In this document: piece after piece, positions 34,012 to 45,925 of the stretch | Position numbering within the stretch: the first letter of the stretch is position 1 | Layout of the letters: every line of letters begins with the position of its first letter | Origin: Batkoa obscura | Lineage: Eukaryota | Reading direction: 5' to 3' | DNA: 64,000 bases | Assembly: GCA_030770535.1 (NCBI GenBank) | Contig: JASVEC010000001.1 | Coordinates: 930,001-994,000, forward strand | The notes under the pieces: model-generated | Told to the model about the DNA's origin: nothing | What the model saw: only the letters and a program-made list of their open reading frames with translations | Database searches by the model: none | Position numbers and translations under genes: made by a program

Positions 34012-34174
34012 CAGCTTTTGCGGCTCTATTGCGATCTTATTAACTGTTGACTCAAGAATAAAATTTGCCTAAAATCACACTAAAATCTGAGAAGTGGATC
34101 AAAAAAACTAACCAACCAAATAGCTGGCTCCAAAGATTACTGTAAATTGAGTCACAATAGAGCCGCAACAGCTG
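34012..34174. mobile_element. MITE family 2 (CAGCTGTTGCGGCTCTATTG TIR)
   Basis: CAGCTTTTGCGGCTCTATTGCGA ... TCACAATAGAGCCGCAACAGCTG, flanked by TA on both sides. Confidence 0.75.
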
Positions 34175-35208
34175 TATCCTAAACTTAAGAAACCATAGAT
34201 GAATTCCCCTTTAAATCTTATCTAATTTTATAACTATATTATATTATTAAATCGTTATTAAAAGCAGAAATTGATGATGCTAATATTTCATATTATTTTT
34301 TTGTAGTGACTTAAATAAGACTAATAGTTTAAGACTTTTAAAAAAAAATAAAAAACACTACACAATAGACATTATTACAAAAATACACCCATATACCCTT
34401 TACTATAAATTAAATCACAAAAACTTTACAAAGAAAAAAGATAAACCATATGCTCAGAGCCCCTCTACCTTGTTTGCGGGTATTCTAGTTAGTGTCTATA
34501 TAAATTTGTTTTCTCAAGCCATTCTCAATTTTATGAAGACATATTTACCACTTCAGAATATTTCTAAAGTATGAATTAAAAATGCTACTTTTTACCCAAT
34601 ACATTTTTAAAATAAAAGACTTTGTTTATTACATATATATTAACAAATCAATATTATCAGAATTTTTGTTATAGTATAAAAATTTATTTATAATAATGTT
34701 GAGTACTAGGTTTTAATAATTTTTTAAATGATCCTTTTATTTTTCGAAAATTTTAAACAAGTTTAAAGTCTTTTTTAGAACTAAGTTATTAACAAACGTT
34801 TATTTTGTGATATCCAATAGCCTATTTATGCAATAAAAATTATAAACTATAAATGTTACTAAAAGGCTACTTCGTTATAGTAGCGAATAGTTTTATTTTT
34901 TTAATTAGTAATGTTAAAAATAAGCTTTTAAATTGATCAAACCCTTTCATTCTTAATTTTAAATGTTTTTAAAAGAATAGCAATTTGAAACTGGATATAT
35001 TAATTTGAAACAGTTAGAATATTATTTATTTTTAAAAAGAACTCTTAATAAAACATGAACAAACAACAGCATGCAAATAATCCTAATAATCTATAAATTT
35101 ATAAGAAATTATGTAGAAGTTATGATATCAATAGAATTTACTTGAACATAAAGCAGGAAAATTAAGTGGCAATAAAATATTGTTTATAAAAAAATATTAT
35201 TATAAACA

Positions 35209-35310
35209 AAAAAAGAAAATGATATATAAAAAAAGAAAATGATATATAAAAAAGAAAGTGATATACAAAAAAAGAAAGTAATATACAAAAAAAGAAGGTG
35301 ATATATAAAA
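35209..35310. repeat. Minisatellite with ~20-bp unit (AAAAAAGAAAATGATATAT-like, x5)
   Basis: Directly visible tandem units. Confidence 0.8.
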
Positions 35311-35918
35311 ATAATAATAATAAAAAAGTAAAAGCTTGAATCAATTCTGAAATAGAAATTAGGTCATTAAAACTATGATATTATCAGTTGTATCTTTAAA
35401 TCACATTACTTTTAAATCTATACAATTTTGACCAAATGGAAGGGTGTATATATTTATTAGATAACAATAGGTTGATTTGACAATTACATGAAACGTTATA
35501 CAAAACGGAATATCAAATATAAAGAGAGATAAAGAGGGGGTTTATTTAATAAATCTATTAGTTTTAGGAGAATAAAAAATAAACTAACTGAGATTAAATA
35601 AATGTCTAGAGAAAAAAAATTCAAAAAAATATGACAAATGGCAATCAAAATCTAATTTTTAATAAAATTGCCATAATACTTGGCCTCAACATGAAATAAG
35701 AAACTATGCAAAACTTGAAATTTGGATTGCATAATAGTAAATTTAAGCGGATTGAAATCAAAATATCTAAGAAATAAAAAAAGAGGTAAAGCACCAAATC
35801 ATGCCCCGCTTAAACGGTCTTTAAGTAGAAATGCTATTTATAGTAATCATACTTGAGCATTATATAAACAATTTGATGTGAAATTTCAAATCCATTTTTT
35901 TTAAATAATTTGATCATA

Positions 35919-36479
35919 ATGAACAAAAGTCAACATCGCTATGTTAGTATATTAAATGGTACAGGATTAAATAGGCCCTATTCTTTATCCATTATAAGTG
36001 AAGAATCTTCAGATTCATCCAGCCCTTCTTCCCCAGAGTTTGATTTAGAGTTCTTAGAACCAATAACTCCACATCTAGATCTAGATGATGCCCCAATACG
36101 TAAAAATAGACATTGTATAAGGTTCGATAGGCCGCCCTCAATGCCAATTATTTTGGATCATGTCGATAGCCCAACTAAAAATAGTTTGAAAAAGGGAATT
36201 AAAGCTAATTTGATCAAAAACATTAAAAACAAATCGAATACAATAACAACGCCAATAGTTGAGGATGAGAATAAGACTAAAAAAGTAGACATGGGCCAAT
36301 TGAACGTCATAAGGCCGCACACGGTAGATGAAACGACCAAAAGAAATATCTTTGGATTTCATATAAGGAAATCAAGCTCTGCTTTAAACTCAAATGCTTT
36401 TGATTCCATGCTATTTGATAATGAAGATAGTACACTACATCTATCACTTACCCCCAATTGGCTTCATTCCAGATCTTGA
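35919..36479 (+). CDS. Hypothetical protein (Ser/Pro-rich)
   Basis: Intronless ORF, GC above background, first ATG at 35919; ends TLHLSLTPNWLHSRS. Confidence 0.75.
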   Translation: MNKSQHRYVSILNGTGLNRPYSLSIISEESSDSSSPSSPEFDLEFLEPITPHLDLDDAPIRKNRHCIRFDRPPSMPIILDHVDSPTKNSLKKGIKANLIKNIKNKSNTITTPIVEDENKTKKVDMGQLNVIRPHTVDETTKRNIFGFHIRKSSSALNSNAFDSMLFDNEDSTLHLSLTPNWLHSRS

Positions 36480-39115
36480 GTTGACCTTAGTCTGGCTTTC
36501 ATCATTTTTTAAAAAGTATTTAATTATTTTACATACCCTAATTTCTCCTCCTCCCTCTCTAAGTCCTATTTGAATTTTGTAAAAATTGAAAAATAAATTC
36601 ATTCCTTAATTATATTATGTTAAATATTCGATATTCGATATTCGATATTCTTTATTGTATAATATGCGAATATTCTTTATTTTTGTTATTTTATTATTTT
36701 AAATATTGATATCCTTTATCTTTAGTATTTTTAATATATGAATATTGAATATTGAATATTGTTTACTTTATTTCATTTCAAACATCGGCTTCAAAATCAA
36801 AACTATAAGTGCATATTACAACTATTCATTCTCTAAAAATGAAATAGTTTCATCCCTTATTTTATTTTTAGAAAATAATAAGGATCTACAACTATTAATA
36901 ATAATTCATAAATTTGATAATAATAACGATCAAAGTAATGGTTAATTATTTAATGTTGTGTTAGGCTAACCCACTAATATGATATCTTTAGAATTGTCTT
37001 AACCTAAACCTCTCCTTTTTGTCTTCCTTTTTTCGATTTTACTCTTACTATAAATTTATTAATTTTAACCAAAACTATTTTTTATAGAAACAAAATTCAA
37101 GCTTTTGTTAAAACTAAAAACTGTAAAATAATTGGTTTAACCAAAATAGTGATTAATACGATATAATAAATTTAGTTTCCCACTACTTGTCTTTCGCTAT
37201 AGTGACCCTAAAGTGCATACTAACTATATTTATAACTAATAATAAATATATACCTGTTATTAAGTTAACAGGTTTTATTCTTTCTGAGTAAATGGTCAAT
37301 TTAAGTAATCTTATTTCGCTAAAACCACAGTTATAATAACTACTTTTTTCAAAATTACAGTGATAATACTTATTAAAAGATAAAAGTAGTAGCTAGATAG
37401 CGTTAACTGGGTTGAAGTATCCGAATTGAAACGTACAATATACTGTTAATTTCGGTAGATTTTAAAATGAGAATAAAAAATCCACAGTTTATAAAAATCT
37501 AATTTACAATATCACAAATGATTGGTGACAACTTCTATATTAAATAATGTGGATATTAAATTTTATAATTTAATTTTGGGAACAATTGCATTGATTCGAA
37601 TTTTCAATGGGTTTTGCAATCTATTGTGTTATTTATAAATAATACATTAAGTTATTAGTTAAAATTAAATTTTCAAAAAGTTATATTAACTTTTAACTAT
37701 AGTTTTTAAATTAACAATACAATATAAATAGCAATAGATATAAAAGCATAATTACTAGTTACTATACTTTGTAAAATAAGCAAAAGTGGCTTATTTTAAA
37801 TACTAATAATCTATTGAAATGTATTAACAAAGACTGACTATTACTACTATTAATTTAACCTTTTGAAATAAGAAAAAATTATTCAATTAGTTTTGGTTAT
37901 TAAAATTAATAGAATATTAAAATATTAATATCCTATTTAATCTATATTATGCTATTTTAATATAAATTAATTATAACACTAAAAAGATTAAATAAACTTA
38001 TAAATTAAATAACACAATATCCTTAGTCCTTAGATTAACTCTTACATACAGATGTGTTTTTTATACTATAAATCTAACTAAAGTAAAGTGCCAGTAATTA
38101 TTGTTATTTTACAATTTTTAATTTAAAAACTATTTTATTTAATATTTTAGTTTGGCAGGAGCCTAATTAAATGCAATTAATATAATAAATTGTTTAATAA
38201 AACATTTGTTTTTTTATAGCATTTTTATCAAAATGATAATTTTATTTGAAGAACTCCCATTTGCTAAAGATAAATGTATAGTTATAGACTTTTATAATTA
38301 AGTAAATTGTACAAATATTAATACGCCTCTTTATATTAAAACAATATAATTTTAATGGGCTTTTAATGGATTGCATTATCTTAATCAATTTAATCAATTT
38401 TAGTTATAAAATACGTGCTATTTTAAATAGTGATTAATTCACTATCTACTATTCTTTTAAATAAATATAAGATAGAGTAAGCTTTTTTATTAAAAATAAT
38501 AAAATTCAATAACGTTTTAAAATAGCTCAAACTAAAAAATTAGAACAATTAGTTTATTTGTTTGATACATAAAGATTAGATTCTAGAGATATAGGCAAAC
38601 TCTTGTATTAAAATGTGGTAGACTATAATTAACAATGAGTGGGTTTTAAACAAAACAATTGTTAAAAAACAATATAGTGGTTAAATTGGATTCCATTTTT
38701 GGCTCTTTTTCGAAATAAATTAAAATGAATATTAATATTAATATCAAAATCAAAGCTATTATTCATAATTGTATATTTATTAACTAAATTGTATAAAAAC
38801 TACATCTCACCTTTTTCAAATAATATTTTCTTATTAAGATTATAATATCTATCCTTGTTGTATATGTCAATACTAAAATACGAGTTTTTAATATATTACA
38901 TTTGGGTTAAATTAAATCCATGGTTTATCTATTTTTTGATTTTGTTGTACTGTGAAAAAGGGATAAATTAATCATAAATACTAAGAAAATAGTAATAGTA
39001 ATAGTAATAAGCCAAAAATTACATATAATAATGGTATTTACTTATTAATATTTCACTTAGCCTTATAAAATATAAAGTAAATATACGCTAAACACTGAAA
39101 ATTTATTGAGATCTA

Positions 39116-39214
39116 TGAGAATGTATTTTTTGTTTAAGAATTTTACTAGCGATCTTTCCACTGAAATAGCGCTTAAAAATGGAAAAAATAATGAAACCAA
39201 AAAACATTCTTTCA
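39116..39214 (+). mobile_element. MITE family 1 copy (just upstream of the tRNA)
   Basis: Consensus match. Confidence 0.85.
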
Positions 39215-39272
39215 TCAACTTTTTAAGAATTTAGATTTGAATTTGTAATGAAGATTTAAAACATGTAAAACT

Positions 39273-39343
39273 GCGTACATAGTATAGAGGTAGAATACTT
39301 CTCTTCCAAAGAAGTGGCCTGGGTTCGATTCCCAGTGTACGCA
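39273..39343 (+). tRNA. tRNA-Gly(TCC)
   Basis: Acceptor stem GCGTACA/TGTACGC+A, anticodon arm CTTCT-CT TCC AA-AGAAG, T arm CTGGG TTCGATT CCCAG. Confidence 0.95.
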
Positions 39344-40506
39344 GATATGTTTGGTTATCCTACTCATAATTTTTTATTACGGAAATGTCATATAATTAGT
39401 TATGTTTTGGCTTAAACTCAAAGCCAGATAAATAAAAACCAAGTTCTCGATTCAATCGAATGCCTTTAATAGCTCCTCATTATTCTATATCCTACCTTCC
39501 TACCTCTTGTTGAAAGCCTGTATATTAACATTTGATTATTTTATATAATTAACTTCTCCTCAAAGTGCTTCAAGTATTTATATTAATATTCATAAAAGTA
39601 TATTAACTTTTTATTTACAATAATTAATTTTTTTAAATAGGGTAAATTTTAAAGCTTACGCTCTGAAAATTTTGACTATTTTTTAAATCAACTCAAAAAT
39701 AAAAACATTTAAATTTTAAATAAATATAAATAAATAAATAAATAAAAACAATATGTAGACAGAAGATGCACAACAAGAATTATTAGCATTTAAATAAAGT
39801 TATTCTCAAAGTATTACCCTTTAATTTTAGTTCCGATTTCATATTTTAGCAAAATCAGATATGGTCCTAAAAAAGCAAGTTATCATCATTTGTTGTCAAC
39901 TTTAATAAAATCCGAAATATAGGATAAGCTATATAAAGAAAATACGCAGATATTTTATAAAGTGATAATTACATATGATATGTTAATGTTGAAGCTTACC
40001 AGTAACATTTAAATGGTCTTATGCCATATGCTCAATTAAAACATCATTTGAATAACGAAAATATCCTTAATTAGATACTGTAAAATTTGGCTAACTTTTA
40101 AAGATTTAAGAAATAGGCAAGCAAACTAGAAACATATAATATTTAAAATGATCATATATATGAAATAATAATAACTAGCAGAAGACATTTATTATAGTTT
40201 TTTCATAATTTGCCTTTATATTTATTACTTTTCAAAGTCCTATAAAATATTTACTCGATCTTTATTATTAGCTAAATTTTATTCGATTCTAGGGAGGTCA
40301 TAGTTAAGATCACAATTTTTCCTAACACCAATCAAAATCTATTAATACCTATGACCTAGATTCTAATTGATCGTAAAATTTACGAATAAGATTTAGAGCA
40401 AAATATAACTGACTTGAATGAACCAAAACGTAATAAATTTTCTTTAAAAACTTAAAATTCAAACTAGTAATTATATTAGCACCAAAGGTTATCAGTAGTA
40501 GTAACT

Positions 40507-42595
40507 ATGAGTGAAAAGAAAACAAGTAAACTGAAGACTTGGTTTGGAGGTGGGAAAGATAACTCAAAAAAGAAAGAAGTAAACTCTCTTCCAGTTAGAG
40601 CTAGTATCGATATGAGTAGAGAAAACTCTAGCAATAGCTCTGTTTCTTCGCTAAAATCAGGTCCCCACTCAGTTAAAAGCCCAGCACTATCGATAAGATC
40701 TACTGGAAGCTTCACTCAAGAGCCTAAGGCAGTTGAAATTCAAAAATTGAAAAAAGGTACATAAATAAATAACTCCAAAAATTGAAATCAATTTAAGAAA
40801 ACTAATTTTCTAGATACCCCAAGGTCTCCTTTATCTAGCTCTTTCTCTGGAAACACCAATGGTTTTAAAAGTATGTCTACAAAAACTAGTAGCAGTATAA
40901 AAAGTCCAGGACTTGCTAAAGTTTCTTCAATGGTAAATGATTTAAGCTAAGTGGGTCAATTAATTTATTCAAATTTAGGAAAAATTAAAAGGGTTGATGA
41001 ATATTGGAGTAGGAAATAAGGAGGCAGCCAGAGAAAGAAGAGGGAGTTTAAGGAGTTTAAATGAATCTACACCTTTGCAAAAATCGGCCACTCAACCATA
41101 CATAAGTAAATCAGAGCAGGATTCTGGATTCCCAAAAAGTCCAAGTGTGGCTTCTTACAGGTCTAGCATGGTAGTCGGAGATAATCAGGAGGTTAAAATG
41201 AAAGTCAATGAACTTGAAAAAGGATATCAACAACTTAAAATGCATGTGAGTGCAATGGTATCTTTTGAAAAAGAGAATCTAGATGAAGCAGCCAAAATCC
41301 TTCAAAATGCTTTTAAGGCTTACAGAGTAATTAATTTAATATCATATAATAATCATTTATTTAGATTTTGTAAAACAGATTCGAAAATATTATTTATTAA
41401 GAAAGAATCATTTGCTTTATAATACTACTTTAGATCCACCTAACTTCTCTCATTTTGAAGAATACGCAAATTCCGTACAGTTATACAAGGGTAATTTACA
41501 TTATAGCTATATAATAATGTTATTTAAAGATGATCTATACATTTCGAATTACTAGGTGATAAAGATAGTGATCAATATGAAGACAAAATAAAATTAATTC
41601 AACATACTGTTAGAGGATTTCTAATACGCAAACGTTTTAAACTAGTAATGACTTTTGACTTTTATGCCACAAAGATCCAAGCAGCCTGGAGAGGATATCA
41701 AGTTCGAAATGTGAAAGCTGGGATTAGAATACCATTTTCAAAAATAATTAAAAGTATGGGAGCACAATCCTTGGCTACCGGAAAGCTTCAAGATGAAGTT
41801 ACAGAGCTAAGAGAAGCAGTGAAAATATTAACAAACGCTGTTAATAGACAAAACGATCTGGCCAATACTAATGCTTCAAAATCCCCTATGAAATCTAAAA
41901 CTTTGTCTGTACCTCGTAAATCTTCCTTTTCCAATGAAAATGGTGTAAATTTATCAACTAAATCACCTTTATCAACAAAACTTGTGGTTAAAGTTGGTGC
42001 CACTAATAAACCCTTCCGTAAGCCATCACTTCCATCCATTAATAGTAATAATAATAATGCCTCCAAACCTCTATCAACAACTAACAACGTATCTAAAAAA
42101 GAAAGTGGGAATATAATTAAAGCTAAAGCTCCACGTAAAGCTTCGATGTCATCTAACGATAGTTCAGGTAACAAGTTGGCTAATTCAGTTTTATCAAAGC
42201 CAAAAACAAAAACGCCTGACGAGCTTCCTAACATTGTAGAGAATAACAGGAAAGGAAGCGGGTTGGGTAATGAAATCAAATCTGTCAAAACACTAGAAGA
42301 TATTCCTAAAGTAACAACACCAATCCCATTAGAGGATGAAGAAGGAGAAAGCACAGGTACTATAGGTAAAAAAGAAGCAAGATCCTTTAAAAGAGGACAT
42401 CAACCACGTAGCTATAGTATGTCAAATAGTGAGTTTAGATCTAGGTTGCCCCAGCCTGGTACTTTCGGGGCCAGATTAGCAGAAAAGCTTGGAACTACTG
42501 TTGCCCCGGCATCCGAGAAGGAATATACCAGCTTGCTAGCAGAAGTAGATGCAGTGCGTTTAATGGTACAAGACCAATTGAAACTCAAGCCATAA
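40507..42595 (+). CDS. Multi-exon IQ-motif (calmodulin-binding) protein
   Basis: ORFs 40507, 40994 and 41648 linked by short introns; AAKILQNAFKAYR, IKLIQHTVRGFLIRK, ATKIQAAWRGYQVR; not all junctions verified. Confidence 0.8.
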
Positions 42596-43142
42596 TTGGA
42601 ATTATTGATATCAAATTAACTGAAGTTTTAAAATTTTAAATGTTGCTATTATTTTAGCTACCATAGCTTATGCTTTATATAGCCTACATTTCCCTTATCT
42701 GTCTATAATTTAAGTTTGACTATTTTTTACCTCACATTCTTTGATTAAACTGCTATCCATGAGTTTATAATTAAATTATTTTTTACATAATTTCTTGGGT
42801 TTTGTTGTGTATAGTAGCTAAATTGAAGCTTTTAACATGATGGGGTTGCAAGCAATAATATATTTGTTTAATATCGACTAGATAAAAGTTACTTTTAGAT
42901 TAATAAGCATATTAAATTCATTTTAATCTATTTGAATTAATTAGAATAGTTTATAACAATAAAGTTTTTTTTAATCATTTCCAAAAATTTAAATGTTCAG
43001 TTTTTTAAATAAGTCACTACTCGTTTTTGGCACAAATGCGTTTTAGAAAAACTGAGTCGTTTGATTGGCTGTTACCTAATTTATAACTTTTAAACAAGTA
43101 TTGCTACAAGTTAAATTTCTTTCTAATTAGTTTTAAAATAGA

Positions 43143-43652
43143 ATGACGACTAAAAAACAAGAAAACGAAACAAAGTTAGAAGCAAAAGAAAGCGATATAA
43201 ATATAGAAGGCATTGCACCAGAGTTAGGGTAGGGAATAAAGTGAATTAACAAATAATTTTATTTTATTTTATTTTATTTTAGAATTAACTATCCATTTCC
43301 ACCAGCTTTAAAATATAGCTATCCAGAACCAGATGAAAAAATAATAAGGAACATAGCGCACGCTTTACTTCATGATAAGAAATTTTATATAAACACATTA
43401 AATTTGATGAATAAGATGAATTTACCACCACCGTTTGAAATGGATAAAGAAATAGTACATAAAAATAATAAGTAATATTTTTATACTGATTGGGTTTAGG
43501 AAAAGAGATTGGAGGAAGATCCAGGGTTGAGTTTAATTATTAAAAAGAAGGACCCTCTTTTGGCAAGCGATGAATCGGAAATGGAATTAAGTGAGGATGA
43601 AAATTTGGCTAAAGTTAAACTTATTTCCTCATTAAAGAAAAGAAGAAAGTAA
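43143..43652 (+). CDS. RNPC3 (U11/U12-65K)-like protein lacking RRMs; exons 43143-43228, 43283-43454, 43500-43652
   Basis: GIAPELGINYPFPPALKYSYPEP..NIAHAL...KFY..LNLMNKMNLPPPF..SDESEME resembles the conserved inter-RRM block of RNPC3 (recognised from memory). Confidence 0.75.
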
Positions 43653-43802
43653 TACTTTTGTATTTGATTATATTATTATTATGAGTTAACAACTATCTAT
43701 TTTATAAAATAGCTTTTTGATTTTATAAAATACTAACACATTAGATATATGAAATAAATTCTGCTATGTATTAAACAACTATATTGCTTTGGTTTTAAAA
43801 TA

Positions 43803-43903
43803 TGGGGATGTATTTTTTTGTTTAAGAGTTTTACTAACAATCTTTCCGCTGAAATAGCACTTAAAAAATGAAAAAAATAATGAAGCCAAAAAAAACATCT
43901 CCA
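43803..43903 (+). mobile_element. MITE family 1 copy
   Basis: Consensus match, TA flanks. Confidence 0.9.
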
Positions 43904-44110
43904 TAACTGTTTCAATGTATGAATATACGCTAATATTTTTAAATAGTCATAAACCACAAAATAGATTGGTATTTATAATCTAAATAATAAACTAAAATGT
44001 TTAAAACAATTATTTATAAATATGCTTTATTAATGAAGTAAAATGGAAATTAAAATGAACTTTAAATGCTTTTTTCAATACATATAGTTAGCTATGATCC
44101 ACTGGTTAAG

Positions 44111-45925
44111 TTAATAATATGTACTGGTGGTAGCGTAGGTTGGAGTGGAGTAGTAGGTAGAAGTTGGTGAGTAGTATGCTGAAGTTTGGGTACCATAATT
44201 ATTCCAATTATTTTGGGTGTTACTGTTATAATTAGCTGGATAACGATTCCAAACAGCTTGATTATTATTCATATTTCCATTAAAAGCAGCATAACGATTT
44301 AAATGTTGACCGATGGCTCCATGGGCGTTATATGGAAGATTTTGACTGTAACCCATTTGATTTAAAGATGGTAAATTATTTGGGGCTTGTTCAACCATAT
44401 CATCATCACAATCGCTAACCATTACAACTTCATAACGGATACGACATTTCTTGCTACGTGGCATACTGGCTGTTTCACATTTAGCTGGTGCAGAGTAAGC
44501 TGGAGCACTATAGGCTGGGGCAGTGTAGGCTGGGGCAGTGTAGGCTGGAGCACTATAAGAGGAAGTGTAAGCTGGAGCACTGTAAGATGAAGTATAAGCT
44601 GGAGCACTATAGGCCGGGGCAGTGTAGGCTGGAGCAGTGTAAGATGAAGTATAGGCTGGAGCTGTGTATGATGAAGTGTAGGCTGGAGCACTATATGATG
44701 AAGTATAGGCTGGAGCACTATAAGATGAAGTATAAGCTGGAGCAGTGTAAGATGAAGTATAAGCTGGAGCAGTGTAAGATGAAGTGTAGGCTGGAGCACT
44801 GTATGATGAAGTATAGGCTGGAGCAGTGTAAGATGAAGTATAGGCTGGAGCAGTATAAGATGAAGTATAAGCTGGAGCACTATATGATGAAGTATAAGCT
44901 GGAGCACTATAAGATGAAGTATAGGCTGGAGCAGTGTAAGATGAAGTATAAGCTGGAGCACTATAAGATGAAGTATAGGCTGGAGCAGTGTAAGATGAAG
45001 TATAGGCTGGAGCAGTGTAAGATGAAGTATAAGCTGGAGCACTATAAGATGAAGTATAAGCTGGAGCACTATAAGATGAAGTATAAGCTGGAGCACTATA
45101 AGATGAAGTATAAGCTGGAGCAGTGTAAGATGAAGTATAGGCTGGAGCAGTGTAAGATGAAGTATAAGCTGGAGCACTATATGATGAAGTATAAGCTGGA
45201 GCACTATAAGATGAAGTATAAGCTGGAGCACTGTATGATGAAGTATAGGCTGGAGCACTATAAGAGGATGTATAAGCTGGAGCACTGTAAGAAGAAGCAT
45301 AGGTAGAGGTTGAGCAAGAGGTTGAGGAAGAGTAAGAGCAGGTTGAGCATGCTTTTGAGGTGTAAGCTGAAGTAGTGTAATAGCTGGAGCTAGAATACTT
45401 TGAAGTGTAAACCGGAGTAGTATAATAGCTAGAGGTATAAGCTGGAGTAGTGTAATGAGAGGAAGAAGAGGTATAAGCTGGAGCAGTGTAATGAGAGGAA
45501 GAAGAGGTATAAGCTGGAGCAGTGTAATGAGAGGAAGAAGAGGTATAATAGCTAGATGAATAATGGGAACCAGTGCCATATGTTGAGGTAGTACAGCTAG
45601 TCGATGACTTAGTGTATGCAGGAGTAGTATAGTGTTGAGAAGTATAACTTGGAGTTACATAATGTTGAGAAGTATAATAGCTAGAAGAATGATAGTGACC
45701 AGTTGAAGTAGTGCATGAAGATGAAGAGGAGTAACCTTTAGTATTATAGTTATTCCAGTTATTTGAAGAGCCATGTCCATAGTCTTCTACATCATAATCA
45801 TTTGAGCTTCCATAAATGTTGGAGCTTTCATAATTATTGGAGTTTCCATAGTTGTTATTATACTTTGGGTTAGCAGCGATGGTAGAAACCAACAAAGTAA
45901 AGATTGAAAAGATTAATTGAACCAT
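44111..45925 (-). CDS. Secreted Tyr/Thr/Ser/Ala/Pro tandem-repeat protein (cell-wall/spore-coat-like)
   Basis: Signal peptide MVQLIFSIFTLLVSTIAA; more than 25 YTSSY(S/T)APA repeats. Confidence 0.9.
   Translation of the reverse strand: MVQLIFSIFTLLVSTIAANPKYNNNYGNSNNYESSNIYGSSNDYDVEDYGHGSSNNWNNYNTKGYSSSSSCTTSTGHYHSSSYYTSQHYVTPSYTSQHYTTPAYTKSSTSCTTSTYGTGSHYSSSYYTSSSSHYTAPAYTSSSSHYTAPAYTSSSSHYTTPAYTSSYYTTPVYTSKYSSSSYYTTSAYTSKACSTCSYSSSTSCSTSTYASSYSAPAYTSSYSAPAYTSSYSAPAYTSSYSAPAYTSSYSAPAYTSSYTAPAYTSSYTAPAYTSSYSAPAYTSSYSAPAYTSSYSAPAYTSSYTAPAYTSSYTAPAYTSSYSAPAYTSSYTAPAYTSSYSAPAYTSSYSAPAYTSSYTAPAYTSSYTAPAYTSSYSAPAYTSSYTAPAYTSSYTAPAYTSSYSAPAYTSSYSAPAYTSSYTAPAYTSSYTAPAYTAPAYSAPAYTSSYSAPAYTSSYSAPAYTAPAYTAPAYSAPAYSAPAKCETASMPRSKKCRIRYEVVMVSDCDDDMVEQAPNNLPSLNQMGYSQNLPYNAHGAIGQHLNRYAAFNGNMNNNQAVWNRYPANYNSNTQNNWNNYGTQTSAYYSPTSTYYSTPTYATTSTYY
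44485..45295. repeat. 27-bp coding tandem repeat
   Basis: Unit like GCTGGAGCACTATAAGATGAAGTATAA, with 15-bp variants at the left end. Confidence 0.95.

Noticed and set aside
34455..34490. Helitron-like 3' end (TACC..GCGGGTA TT CTAG T)
   Set aside because: Hairpin is imperfect, single occurrence, no 5' end identified
39116..39343. tRNA-targeted MITE insertion
   Set aside because: One of about 23 copies; the others are not near a recognisable tRNA
44387..45579. Long overlapping ORFs 44422..45579 (-), 44488..45306 (+) and 44387..44590 (+)
   Set aside because: Alternative frames of a 27-bp repeat that happens to lack stops; only the 604-aa frame has a signal peptide and unique flanks
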